A DNA stretch of 63,623 bases, the filler included. It is 6 parts of 6 records of this genome, joined end to end, with 100 filler letters (N's around TTAATTAATTAA, not from the genome) between each part and the next. Parts side by side here need not be neighbours in the genome. Positions count along the whole stretch, not along the records: positions 45,314 to 55,885 come from SRR31147125_2792; positions 55,986 to 63,623 come from SRR31147125_2800; 4 more parts are not named here. One strand, 5' to 3'. The first letter of the stretch is position 1; every line of letters starts with the position of its first letter. The notes below the pieces were generated by a model that saw only the letters and a list, made by a program, of their open reading frames with translations, was not told the DNA's origin and did not search any database. Both the position numbers and the translations under genes were made by a program. Below, piece by piece: positions 46,210 to 59,749 of the stretch.

Positions 46210-48408
46210 ATGAAAAGAATGAGATTGAAGTTAACATTTTTCTCTTTAACCGTTTTGATTTCAGTGCTTATTGGAGAAATTAGTAGGAGAAGTTTTATTG
46301 ATTATGAGAAGAGAATAATATCTCAGCAACAGGAGCAACTACTTACTATTTCAAGGTTGGTTGGAAGAAGTATATTAAACTTTGTAGAGGAAAAAGTGAA
46401 AGGGATAAATTATTTAGCTGAAAGTATCAAGGGTGATTTTTTATTGGGAAGCAGTAAGAAATTGTTGCTAGAAAGGTTAGTTGGATTTGAGACTATTCAC
46501 GGAGATCAAATATTGAGTGTTCAATATCTTGATTTTAAAACGGGAGAGTATCTATCCCACCCCATGAATGTAAAAAATAGTATAAACTTTAGGAATGAAC
46601 TTGAATTTGAGAAAGAGATGCAGAATAAAAAAATAATGGAAACTGCTTATATTGGGAATGCATATAGAGCTAAAGAAACTCTTTATGTATTTGATATATA
46701 TAAGGCAATTATCTGTCAAGGAAATATTATAGGTGTTATAGTAGTGAAAATAGATATAAATAATATGTATAATCTATTAGTAGCGCCTGTTAAAGCTGGA
46801 AAATATGGTTACGCTATGGTTAAGGATAGTGACGGAACAATAATAATGCATCCTGTTATCGAGCAGTTAGGTTATAATGTGCTGGATGATAGAAAAGAGA
46901 AATATCCAGAGTTAGACTATACAGAACTTGAGAAGTTGATTGAGATGCAGCTTAGTGGTAAAGAGGGAACATATGTTTATCATTCGTATTGGTGGCCAGA
47001 GGAAAAGTTAGTAAAAGTTAAAAAGTTCCAAGGCTTTTCTTCAATTAACCTAACAAGTAAATTTTGGATAGTTGCTGTAACTATGTCCTATGATGAAGTA
47101 AAGGAAGCGATTAAAAAATATCTATTTAATATATCTCTAACTGCGATAACCTTAATATCGGTCATTTCAGGAGCTCTATTTTTAATAATAAAAATGATAA
47201 GTAATAGTGAAGCACATAGGGTGGAGATGAACTATCTAAAGGAAATAAATGAAAATAGTGAGAAGTTAAGATTAAAAGATAATGAACTTCTTCAAGAAAA
47301 AAAGGTGGAGACAATTGGCACATTAACAGGAGGAATAGCTCATGAATTCAATAACATTCTTACTCCGATAATGGGATATTCAGAGATGCTGTTAAGTGAA
47401 TTAAAACCGGAGGATGAAAATTATGATGAAATGAAAATAATTAATGACTCATCTAAGAGAGCTAGTGAAGTAATTGATCAGATACTGCTCTTCAGTAGAG
47501 GGAAAGATGTAGCACTGCGATATGAAGAGTTGAATATGAAAGATATAGTTGAGAATGCGCTTAGGTTTTTTGAGGCGATAAGTTCATCTAATATGAAGAT
47601 AGTAAAAAAAATATCAGGAAACAGTTGTAATGTTTTTGCAAATGAAACGGAACTGCATCAAATTATTTTGAACCTGTGTATAAATGCATTTAATGCAATA
47701 AAGAAAAAAGGTGGAAAAATAGAGATAGCTTTAGAAAATATCGAATATATATCGGATCCTAGATTGAAAGAAAGTAGTTTAACAGACAAAAATTATGTTA
47801 AATTAAGTATAATTGATGATGGCGAAGGCATGTCAAAAGATGCCTTAGAAAAGATATTTACTGAGCATGAAGATGATGAAGTATCTAGTTTGCTTTTTAT
47901 AGCAAAATTAGTAAAAAAACATGGTGGAAGAATCTTCGTAGAGAGTAAATCCGGGATTGGAACTAAATTTGATGTATACTTTCCTTTATCTGAAAAAAGA
48001 ATTGAAAGTATAGACCTTGTTGGAGATATAGAGTTAAGAGGGGAAGAAAGAGTTTTGATAGTTGACAGTGAGGGGATAATAGTTGATTCAATCAAAAATA
48101 GTTTAGAGGAACTCGGCTATAAATTACAAATCTACCCAAATGGAGCAGAAGTTTTAAAAAGGTTTAACGAATTAAAAGATAGAGTTGATCTTGTAATTAG
48201 TGATATAAAGATGCCGGAAGTTGGCGGTGTTCAACTTGCTAAAAAGTTCAAAAGGAATAAAAAGGAAATAAAATTTATACTAATGACAGCAAACACAGAG
48301 GAACCACTAGAGGAACTGAAGTTAAATGGAGTTATTGATGATTATATATTAAAACCATTATCAGCAAAGAAGATTTGTAAAAGAATAAGAGCTGTTAGGA
48401 GTAAATAG
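46210..48408 (+). CDS. dCache hybrid histidine kinase with degenerate ATP-lid/G2 box
   Basis: TM-dCache-TM, AHEFNNILTP, NLCINA and DDGEGM; no GxGLGL (reads EHEDDEVSSLL); C-terminal REC. Confidence 0.9.
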   Translation: MKRMRLKLTFFSLTVLISVLIGEISRRSFIDYEKRIISQQQEQLLTISRLVGRSILNFVEEKVKGINYLAESIKGDFLLGSSKKLLLERLVGFETIHGDQILSVQYLDFKTGEYLSHPMNVKNSINFRNELEFEKEMQNKKIMETAYIGNAYRAKETLYVFDIYKAIICQGNIIGVIVVKIDINNMYNLLVAPVKAGKYGYAMVKDSDGTIIMHPVIEQLGYNVLDDRKEKYPELDYTELEKLIEMQLSGKEGTYVYHSYWWPEEKLVKVKKFQGFSSINLTSKFWIVAVTMSYDEVKEAIKKYLFNISLTAITLISVISGALFLIIKMISNSEAHRVEMNYLKEINENSEKLRLKDNELLQEKKVETIGTLTGGIAHEFNNILTPIMGYSEMLLSELKPEDENYDEMKIINDSSKRASEVIDQILLFSRGKDVALRYEELNMKDIVENALRFFEAISSSNMKIVKKISGNSCNVFANETELHQIILNLCINAFNAIKKKGGKIEIALENIEYISDPRLKESSLTDKNYVKLSIIDDGEGMSKDALEKIFTEHEDDEVSSLLFIAKLVKKHGGRIFVESKSGIGTKFDVYFPLSEKRIESIDLVGDIELRGEERVLIVDSEGIIVDSIKNSLEELGYKLQIYPNGAEVLKRFNELKDRVDLVISDIKMPEVGGVQLAKKFKRNKKEIKFILMTANTEEPLEELKLNGVIDDYILKPLSAKKICKRIRAVRSK

Positions 48409-50598
48409 ATGAAAAGATGGAAAATAGAGATAATTTTGATATTTGTTTTGGTAGTTCTTATATTAGTAATTAAAAACGTGACTTATAAAAGTTTTATAGA
48501 TTATGAGAATACTATTCTATTTCAACAAAGAGAACACCTCCTAACAATAGCAAAGTCAAGTGCAAAAAGTTTAAAGCTTCATATAGATGAAAAAGAGAAA
48601 GCTTTATCCTCGCTTGCAAATAGTCTAAGTATAAAAGCTAAGGAAATAGGTTTAACGGAGAAAATTATATCTAGTGAACTGAAAAATTTCTATGAGTCTC
48701 AAAGTGGTGAAGTTGCGGAGCTGAGATATATGGATAGTTTAAAAGAGGGGCAGATAAACTATCCTGATAATGCAATAGGTTTGGGAAATTCAGATTTTTT
48801 AATTGGCTTTGAAAGTGTTAAGAGAAGAAGTTATTCATATGTTGGAAAGCCCTGGCTGGATAGCTCAGGGAATTTTTATATGTATATCTATCAATCGATA
48901 CTTGTTGATAATCAATTTTCGGGAGTAGTGATAGCTAAGATCAGACTTCAGAGTATGTATGATAAGTTGCTCAAAGAGATTAAACTAGGTGAAAAAGGTT
49001 ATGCCATGCTTAAAGATAGTAAAGGCATAATACTGATGCACCCTGTTAAAACTCAGATTGGTTATGATGTAATAAAAACTAGAAAAGAGAAATTTCCCGA
49101 TCTGGATTTGACTGATTTGGAGAAACTAGTAAAGGTGCAACTAAAAGGTCAAGAGGGAACCCAAATATATTATTCCTATTGGTGGACACAAGATAGACTT
49201 AGAAAAGTTAAAAAACTTAATGGCTTTGCTCCATTAAAAGTTGGAGATGACTTTTGGATAGTCTCTGTTGTAATGTCTTACAGTGAGATTAGTGCCCCAA
49301 TAAAAAATTATTTTTATAACAGTTCATTAATCTCAATTATTATAATTATAGCTTTTGCTTGGACTATAAATCTATTGATTAGAATGCTTAAGAGTAAAGA
49401 AGCATATCAAATGGAGAGTGAGTATCTTAGAGAATTAAATGAAACGACAAATGAATTAAGAAAAAAGGAAGCAGAACTGCATCATAAAAGAAAGATGGAG
49501 ACAATAGGAACTTTAACAGGTGGGATAGCTCATGAATTTAACAATATACTAACCCCTATTATGGGTTATTCAGAGCTGATTCTTCGAGGGATATCTCCTG
49601 ATGAAGAGATGTATGAAGACGTAAAAGTAATTTATGATTCATCAAAAAGATCACAGAAAATTATAGATCAAATATTAACATATAGTGATAGTAAACCTGA
49701 CTCTAAATTAGAAGTACTCCTTTTAAATGATTTTTTAATAGATATAAAGAAAGTTTTGTTATCCATTATACCTGAAGACGTAAAATTGAATATTAGTATC
49801 AAAGATGAGAAGTATTATATACTGGGAAATGAAACAGAGCTTCATCAAGTGATACTGAATCTAGTAAAAAATGCTGTAAATGCTACAAAAAAATCAAATG
49901 AAAAAGAGATTACAATAAGGCTGGAGAAAGTAACAAAAAAGAATGAGAGGAGTTTCTACAAAGTGTTGGTTGAAGATACAGGATGTGGAATGAAAGAGGA
50001 AACCATAGGAAAAATATTTAACCCATTTTATACAGAGAAACTTTCAGAAAATAGCACCGGTCTTGGTCTTAGCGTAGCACTTGGAATAATCAAAAAACAT
50101 GGTGGGAAAATTGATGTGACAAGTAAGCTGGGAGAGGGAAGTTGTTTTACATTATTATTGCCACAGTTTAATTTTGGTGAAAAATTGAATAGACAGGAAA
50201 AGAAACCTGATGAGAACATTCAATTAACAGGTAGTGAAAAAATCATGATTTTGGATAATGAAGAGTTTATAACCAAAATGCTAAAAAAGGGATTAAACAG
50301 TTTAGGTTATACCAGCAGGGCCTTCACAAATGGATATAAACTGCTAGAGGAATTTGATGAACTGTCGAAACAGGGCTATCAGGTACTTGTAACTGATTTG
50401 ACTATGCCGGAGATAAGTGGTATCGAAATATCAAAACTACTTCGAATGAAGAATAAAGATATAAAAATAATATTAATGACGGCACATCCAGAGGAACCTC
50501 TTAACAACTATATTAAAAATGGGGTAATAGATGGCTATCTCTTAAAACCTGTATCAGCTGCTGAAATTAGTAGGAGAATAAGGAAGCTATTGGATTGA
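48409..50598 (+). CDS. dCache hybrid histidine kinase (intact), paralog of the upstream gene
   Basis: AHEFNNILTP, NLVKNA, DTGCGM, FNPFYT and STGLGL; REC (LVTDLTMP). Confidence 0.92.
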   Translation: MKRWKIEIILIFVLVVLILVIKNVTYKSFIDYENTILFQQREHLLTIAKSSAKSLKLHIDEKEKALSSLANSLSIKAKEIGLTEKIISSELKNFYESQSGEVAELRYMDSLKEGQINYPDNAIGLGNSDFLIGFESVKRRSYSYVGKPWLDSSGNFYMYIYQSILVDNQFSGVVIAKIRLQSMYDKLLKEIKLGEKGYAMLKDSKGIILMHPVKTQIGYDVIKTRKEKFPDLDLTDLEKLVKVQLKGQEGTQIYYSYWWTQDRLRKVKKLNGFAPLKVGDDFWIVSVVMSYSEISAPIKNYFYNSSLISIIIIIAFAWTINLLIRMLKSKEAYQMESEYLRELNETTNELRKKEAELHHKRKMETIGTLTGGIAHEFNNILTPIMGYSELILRGISPDEEMYEDVKVIYDSSKRSQKIIDQILTYSDSKPDSKLEVLLLNDFLIDIKKVLLSIIPEDVKLNISIKDEKYYILGNETELHQVILNLVKNAVNATKKSNEKEITIRLEKVTKKNERSFYKVLVEDTGCGMKEETIGKIFNPFYTEKLSENSTGLGLSVALGIIKKHGGKIDVTSKLGEGSCFTLLLPQFNFGEKLNRQEKKPDENIQLTGSEKIMILDNEEFITKMLKKGLNSLGYTSRAFTNGYKLLEEFDELSKQGYQVLVTDLTMPEISGIEISKLLRMKNKDIKIILMTAHPEEPLNNYIKNGVIDGYLLKPVSAAEISRRIRKLLD

Positions 50599-50857
50599 TT
50601 AAAATCGATTCATAAAAAATTAGAGAATTATGACGTTATGCGAAGCTCTTAGTTGATATATTATATCGCACATGCTATTTTATTTTTTTGATTAATTATA
50701 TACTTCAAAAATAGATAAACTTTTTTCTGATAGTGCTTAAATTTATACTCTTTGAAGATACAGTATGTTAATAATCAAAAAAATCAATAAAAAAATTTGC
50801 ACAATAGAACTAAATGTGATATTCTTGTACTGTAAGAGTACAAAGTACTTTGTTATC

Positions 50858-50886
50858 GACATGTTACTGGTAAAGCAGGCAAGATC
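50858..50886 (+). promoter_or_regulatory. RAT (ribonucleic antiterminator) for BglG/LicT
   Basis: GACATGTTACTGGTAAAGCAGGCAAGATC matches the RAT core TGTTACTG..AAGCAGGCAA and overlaps the terminator. Confidence 0.88.
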
Positions 50887-50946
50887 GAATTGATATGTTA
50901 AAACTTTATTTTGAAGTTTTTGACATTTTAATTTGGTCTTTTTTTT
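50881..50946 (+). terminator. Leader attenuator terminator
   Basis: AAGATCGAATT...ATGTTAAAACT pairs with AGTTTTTGACAT...AATTTGGTCTT, followed by a T-run. Confidence 0.75.
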
Positions 50947-51004
50947 GTTTTTGTTAAATTGGCCACTTAACAAAACTGAATATTATTTAAAAAAGGAGAA
51001 TGAG

Positions 51005-54299
<3,295 letters not shown>

Positions 54300-54317
54300 A
54301 AATGGATGAGGTGTAGT

Positions 54318-55163
54318 ATGCGTGTCTTAAAAGTTTTAAATAATTCGGTTATTTTTGCTTTAGATGATTTAGGTAATGAGGTTATCTTAATGGGTAAAGG
54401 AATTGGATTTAATAAGTCTCTGGGTTTTAAATTAAAAAAAGAAGATATTGAAAAAGTTTTCATTATGAAGGATCGTGACAATTCGAAAAATATTATTAGA
54501 CTTGCTTCGGAAATTGATAGTACATTTTTTGAATTGACAAAGGCGATTGTGGACTATGCAGTTGAAAATTTTGAGATGAAGTTAATGGAACACATTTATT
54601 TATCTCTTACAGATCATCTATCTTTTGCAGTAAGAAGATTAAAAACAGGGATAATTATTCAAAATTATTATCTTTATGAAATGAAAAAATTTAATCCAAA
54701 TGAGTATAAAGTTGGTTTGTATGCTCTGAAATTAATGAAAAAGGAGCTTGATTTAGATTTTCCAGTGGATGAGGCTGGAAATGTGGCGTTTCACTTTATC
54801 AACGCTCAATATGAAGATTCAAAAGGTGGTAATAATACTTTGATAACAAATACAATAAAAGATATACTTAATATTGTTAAATATTATTTTGAATTACGTT
54901 TTGATGAAGATAGTTTGGCTTACTCTAGATTTATAACTCACCTAAAACATTTTGCTCAAAATTTAGCTAATAAAAAGAATATGGAGTCGAGTAAAGATCA
55001 TGATCTATATAATGAAATTATTTTAAATTGTAAGAAAGAGCATTGTTGTGTAAAAAAAATTAGTAAGTATATTGAAGCAAATTTTAGTGTTTCACTAACA
55101 GCCTTAGAAGAGGCTTATCTGACTATTCATATTCATAGGGTAATAACTGAAGGAAATATTTAG
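54318..55163 (+). CDS. BglG/LicT-family PRD antiterminator
   Basis: KVLNNS..EVILMGKGIGF (CAT domain), LTDH, DEAG..AFH, RFITH and EEAYLTIH. Confidence 0.93.
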   Translation: MRVLKVLNNSVIFALDDLGNEVILMGKGIGFNKSLGFKLKKEDIEKVFIMKDRDNSKNIIRLASEIDSTFFELTKAIVDYAVENFEMKLMEHIYLSLTDHLSFAVRRLKTGIIIQNYYLYEMKKFNPNEYKVGLYALKLMKKELDLDFPVDEAGNVAFHFINAQYEDSKGGNNTLITNTIKDILNIVKYYFELRFDEDSLAYSRFITHLKHFAQNLANKKNMESSKDHDLYNEIILNCKKEHCCVKKISKYIEANFSVSLTALEEAYLTIHIHRVITEGNI

Positions 55164-55198
55164 TAAAATTAAACACGTAATCAACTACTTCACTTAAT

Positions 55199-55248
55199 AA
55201 AAGAGCTTTGTAAGATTGATAAATTTATTAATTCTTACAAAGCTTTTT
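55199..55248 (+). terminator. Terminator after the bgl operon
   Basis: AAGAGCTTTGTAAGA pairs with TCTTACAAAGCTTTT. Confidence 0.75.
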
Positions 55249-55483
55249 AGAATATTAAATAACAAATTTAAATTTTTTATACTTGAATTACATGATTAAA
55301 GCAGAAAGAAGTAAATAAGATATGCAATAAATGAAACAGTATCCCAAGAAAGTCATTAAGGTATTTCGTCCAGAAGAGATGTTGGAGATGAAGTAGAAGA
55401 CAAAGAAATCTATATTACAGAAAGCTCTTAGTTTATTTTGATGAAGGAATTAAACTAAATAAGAAAAAATAAAGAATTTAAAC

Positions 55484-55513
55484 AAAATGAACTCTTATAA
55501 GGGTTCATTTTTT
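55484..55513 (+). terminator. Terminator-like hairpin
   Basis: AAAATGAACTCT-TATA-AGGGTTCATTTT followed by Ts. Confidence 0.6.
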
Positions 55514-55885
55514 AGTATTTTATAAATATTAGCTTGAATGATGAAGGGAATTTTAGAACTTAAATAGAGTTTAGTTTATTATTATAGTTGTTTGTTTCTT
55601 AATTCTTAAAAAAATTTAAAATCTAGCGTGAATTATTTTAAGATTTGTAAACTAATATAATTGTACAAAGTGTAGAAAAAGAGTTGTCAGTGTTTCATAA
55701 ACAGACTAAAAGTTTATGAGTGGCAAATGATTCTTACATAAGTTTAAAAAAACATATATAAATTGAAGTTTTTTCTAAATCGTCTCTTTATTAAAATTCA
55801 AAGAAGCACTGAATTTTATCTTGATTCGATTAAAAAACTAATTTCAGTTTATATAGAAAGAAGAGGTGAAAGTAGTGAATATCAA

Positions 55886-55985
55886 NNNNNNNNNNNNNNN
55901 NNNNNNNNNNNNNNNNNNNNNNNNNNNNNTTAATTAATTAANNNNNNNNNNNNNNNNNNNNNNNNNNNNNNNNNNNNNNNNNNNN
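55886..55985. other. Artificial contig spacer
   Basis: N44-TTAATTAATTAA-N44. Confidence 0.99.
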
Positions 55986-56063
55986 ATTATCATTTCCTCC
56001 TTTGTTTTTTGAAATCTCTTTTGTTATAGTTTCTTTTTCAATTTCTTGATTGTTTCTCTAGAG

Positions 56064-56106
56064 ATTATACTCTTTATTATTTTATAGTTCGGTAACATAT
56101 GTTACA
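56064..56106 (-). promoter_or_regulatory. Class II CRP/FNR-family activated promoter (TGTAAC-N4-GTTACC centred at -41.5, TATAAT)
   Basis: Palindrome at 56091-56106, centred 29.5 nt from the first base of TATAAT (56069). It drives a gene whose ATG (55993, GGAGG RBS) sits at the contig edge. Confidence 0.7.
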
Positions 56107-56138
56107 TAGATTGTTTTTTTATAAATTTAATCAATAAT

Positions 56139-56450
56139 TTATTTATATTTGATTGCATGAAAGATAAAATCTGTTTTACTAAGATTTTTCCATGCTCTAT
56201 TTAAATTTTTTGGAACTTTAATAAACATATCTTTTTTTAATACGAACCTATTTTCATCAATTGTTAACTCTCCACAACCTTCAATGACTTGAAGTGTTAC
56301 ATCTATGTCATTTGTGTGAAGAGGTATTTCAGCAAACGGCTGAAGGGTGGCTCTAATTATCTCAATAGTTTCATCACTTAAAATAACTTTCGCACTTAAT
56401 ACATCTGACATCTTATTATCTTTTAAATCAGATAGTTTTATTACTTTCAT
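56139..56450 (-). CDS. Cupin domain protein
   Basis: LQPFAEIPLH..D.TLQVIEGCGEL and VPKNLNR.WKN. Confidence 0.85.
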   Translation of the reverse strand: MKVIKLSDLKDNKMSDVLSAKVILSDETIEIIRATLQPFAEIPLHTNDIDVTLQVIEGCGELTIDENRFVLKKDMFIKVPKNLNRAWKNLSKTDFIFHAIKYK

Positions 56451-56528
56451 CTTCAACTCCTTTTAAGAAAAACTAATTAGTTTTCAAAATTTGATTGTTT
56501 AAATTCTGATATTATTTTCTATGAAACT

Positions 56529-56571
56529 ATACTATCATTTCTGATTATTTTGGTCGGTAACTAATGTTACA
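56529..56571 (-). promoter_or_regulatory. Second class II CRP/FNR-family promoter (TGTAAC-N4-GTTACC, extended -10 TGATAGTAT)
   Basis: Palindrome at 56556-56571 with the same 29.5-nt spacing to TAGTAT (56534). Confidence 0.7.
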
Positions 56572-56698
56572 TAGTAAAGAGAATTTTGAAAAAATATGGG
56601 ATAAATAGTTATAAATAAAAGTTTGGAGGTGGGGAAATGTTTAAATTGAAATAAGAAATTATATTTAAATATGAAAAGAGAGTTAGAAGTCTATGACT

Positions 56699-57847
56699 TT
56701 AACTCTCTTTACTTAATACCTCTGCTTCGCCAGCAACGAAGTCTTGGATTTCTAATTTTCTATCACGGCTCATATCAATGAAACTTCCTTCGTCTGTCAT
56801 AATCAGAGGTTTAGTAACCTCATTAATATTTAACCTAATTATTTTGGCTTTTTTACCATCACTAAGCATTACATCGACTCCGATATAATACTCAACAAAT
56901 CTCCTGATAAATAACATGGTTATTTTTAAATCCAATTTACCAAAAGAGCTATTCTCAAACATTTCGAGGACTTTAAATGGTGATTTCTTTTTATGATAAA
57001 CTCTGTCAGATGTCATAGCATCAAATATGTCGGCTACAGCAATAATTTTGGCATACTCTGGGATTCTCTCACCTTTTAATCCAAGAGGATACCCCGAACC
57101 ATCAAGTTTCTCATGATGAAATGCAGCTCCATTTAAAATTTCTTTATCCAGCTCCTTGAATTCTTTTAGAATCTGATAAGTATAAGTGGCATGCCTTTTC
57201 ATCTCTTCAAACTCTTCTTCTGTTAGTCTACCTGGTTTGTATAGAATATCAGGTGGAACCTTTAGTTTACCAATATCATGAAGTAAAGCAGCTTGGACAA
57301 GTTTATCGAGATTTTCTTCATCATAACCGATCCATTTTCCCAGCATAAATGAAATCACTGAAACATTAATTGAATGTCTGTATAGATATTCATCAATGTC
57401 TCTTACGGTTAGAATACTGTTAATTATCTCTTTTGTATTTTTGGTAAAGCTATTTCTAATTGATTTAGAAGCGTCTCCAGTATTTTTCATAATTTGTTCT
57501 TCACTGAGGTTAAGATTTAAGATACCATCTTTCATTGTTTGTGAGAGATGCTCTAAGTCGGCCTCAACTAAATCTTGCGCCTCAATATCACCTAGATCTC
57601 TGACTTCAACGCTACTTGAGTTAATGGAGTGTTCCTCTCCAGATTCGGTTTCAACTTTTCCCGTAATTTCAATAGATTCAGTTTCACTGACAATGAATAC
57701 ATATTCAATATCACTACTAGCTATACGTTTAATAGCATTGTTAGTTAAAATCATACCTGAAGTAAGCAAAACTTTTCCATCTTGAGTTACAGCATCAGTT
57801 TGAAGTACCATCCCTTTTTCCAAATTAGTAGCATAAACTTTCAACAT
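56699..57847 (-). CDS. HD-GYP cyclic-dinucleotide phosphodiesterase
   Basis: HSINV, LLHDIGK, HHEKLDGSGYP and VADIFDAMTSDRVY. Confidence 0.93.
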   Translation of the reverse strand: MLKVYATNLEKGMVLQTDAVTQDGKVLLTSGMILTNNAIKRIASSDIEYVFIVSETESIEITGKVETESGEEHSINSSSVEVRDLGDIEAQDLVEADLEHLSQTMKDGILNLNLSEEQIMKNTGDASKSIRNSFTKNTKEIINSILTVRDIDEYLYRHSINVSVISFMLGKWIGYDEENLDKLVQAALLHDIGKLKVPPDILYKPGRLTEEEFEEMKRHATYTYQILKEFKELDKEILNGAAFHHEKLDGSGYPLGLKGERIPEYAKIIAVADIFDAMTSDRVYHKKKSPFKVLEMFENSSFGKLDLKITMLFIRRFVEYYIGVDVMLSDGKKAKIIRLNINEVTKPLIMTDEGSFIDMSRDRKLEIQDFVAGEAEVLSKES

Positions 57848-58020
57848 AATAATACACCTTACCTATGTCATTATTTTCTTGTTAATAAATGAATATATAA
57901 GCACAATTTTAAAGTAGTTTTATATTTAATTATAATATATTTTAGAGAAGATATCAATTTTTTTCACAGAATTTATCAAAAGTTTCAAGAAATTAACATG
58001 AAAATAAGCGGTATAGTAAC

Positions 58021-59598
58021 TTAAAATTTAGACTCAACGTTGAATATCGAACATTTTTTGAAAAAACTCGAATAATGTAACCAATTTTTTCTATATTTAC
58101 TTAATGTTGTGGATAAATGTGGTAATAATAAACTTGCGCTCGTTCCATCGAGTCCGTATTTCTTACTTATAAATTCTCCATTTAATCCGTGCAAGTACAC
58201 TCCCATCCTTACAGCCTCTTCAATGCTAAAGCCTAAAGAATATTGACCAGCAATAACACCACATAATAAATCACCAGTTCCAGCAACAGCAAGTGAAGAA
58301 TTACCACTTAAATTAACAAAAATATCGCCGTTTGGAAAAGATAATTGAGTGTGAGCACCTTTTAGTACTATTATACACCCATACTCTTTTGAAAACTTAT
58401 TAATTATTTGCATAGGGCAATTTTTTATCTTATTGATGGGCATTTTGCATAGTCTACTCATCTCACCTAAATGTGGTGTCAAGATGACAGGAGTTTGTTT
58501 ATTTCGAATAATATCAAGCTCCTCTGTAATTATGGTTAAAGCATCAGCGTCAATTAATACCGGGATGTTAGTTTCTTGGATAATTTCTTTAACAAGTTTT
58601 TTAGTTTCTGGATCAAGTGAAATACCACATCCGATAACGAGCATTTTCATATTAGCAATTAGTTTGAGTAAGTTCTTTTTGTTTGAATATGCCAGTGAAC
58701 CATTTTCAGTTTCCTCCATTGGATAAAAAACAATATCTGGAGCCATTGAAGCTAGAGTTGGAACAATGGATTTTGGGGTAGCTAATCTAGAGTATCCGCC
58801 ACCTGAATTAAGAAAACTCATAGCAGAAAAATATGGTGCTCCATAGTAATTAGCAGAACCGCAAATAAAAAGAGTTTTACCATAATCACCTTTGTGAGAA
58901 TCTGTTTCTCTAATAGGTAATTCTATTGGGACATTAATATTCCCTGAAAGATTCTCGTCAAGATTCGGTGGAAATGAGATTGTATCGTGGTAAAGCCTAC
59001 CATGATATTTATGGCCTGGATATAGGAGATTGCCATACTTTAGGAAACCAAAACTAATAGTATAATCTGCTTTTACAGCACTACCCATAACTAATCCGTT
59101 ATCACTATTTATCCCAGATGGGATATCAAGAGAAATAACTTTTTTGCGCCCGGCATTTATTAATGAAATAATATCACTATATATTCCCTCAATATCTCTA
59201 TTTATTCCAACTCCAAATAAAGCATCAACGACAAACTCACTATTTGCAATTTCAGACTTTAAATTATCAAATGTAATAAACTCTATATTTAACTTTTGTG
59301 CAATTTTATAGTTCAAATTAGAAGCACCTATATAATCGTTAACTTCACCGCAGGCGAATATTTTTACTACTGCACCGTTTGAATGCAGAAGTCGAGCCAC
59401 GGCAAAACCATCACCACCATTATTCCCTTTCCCACAAATGCAAATGAAATTTTCTCCTTCTAGATCATTACAATGTTTTTTGATAACCCCTAGAGCAGCT
59501 CTAGCAGCATTTTCCATCAAAATTTCTTGCGAAATACCGAAGTTATCAATACAATATTTGTCAAGATTTTTCATTTCATTTGAATTAACAATTTTCAT
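58021..59598 (-). CDS. nnr: Bifunctional NAD(P)H-hydrate epimerase/dehydratase
   Basis: LMENAA, GKGNNGGDG, DALFGVG and DIPSG; HKGDYG, IDADAL, LTPH.GE and AGTGD. Confidence 0.93.
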   Translation of the reverse strand: MKIVNSNEMKNLDKYCIDNFGISQEILMENAARAALGVIKKHCNDLEGENFICICGKGNNGGDGFAVARLLHSNGAVVKIFACGEVNDYIGASNLNYKIAQKLNIEFITFDNLKSEIANSEFVVDALFGVGINRDIEGIYSDIISLINAGRKKVISLDIPSGINSDNGLVMGSAVKADYTISFGFLKYGNLLYPGHKYHGRLYHDTISFPPNLDENLSGNINVPIELPIRETDSHKGDYGKTLFICGSANYYGAPYFSAMSFLNSGGGYSRLATPKSIVPTLASMAPDIVFYPMEETENGSLAYSNKKNLLKLIANMKMLVIGCGISLDPETKKLVKEIIQETNIPVLIDADALTIITEELDIIRNKQTPVILTPHLGEMSRLCKMPINKIKNCPMQIINKFSKEYGCIIVLKGAHTQLSFPNGDIFVNLSGNSSLAVAGTGDLLCGVIAGQYSLGFSIEEAVRMGVYLHGLNGEFISKKYGLDGTSASLLLPHLSTTLSKYRKNWLHYSSFFKKCSIFNVESKF

Positions 59599-59749
59599 AA
59601 ATGCTCCTTTATAATTAAATTTTTTTAATATATTTATATAGATAGTACTATTTTGCCGATACTTTTCTTTGACTACTACGTATATTTAAGATATACTATT
59701 AATAAACAATAGCAAAATAAAGATTATTTTATACTTTCGGAGGTTTTCT

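Noticed and set aside
55250-55885. Possible gene remnant in the AT-rich region after the bgl operon
   Set aside because: Only short broken frames are present, with no recognisable motif.
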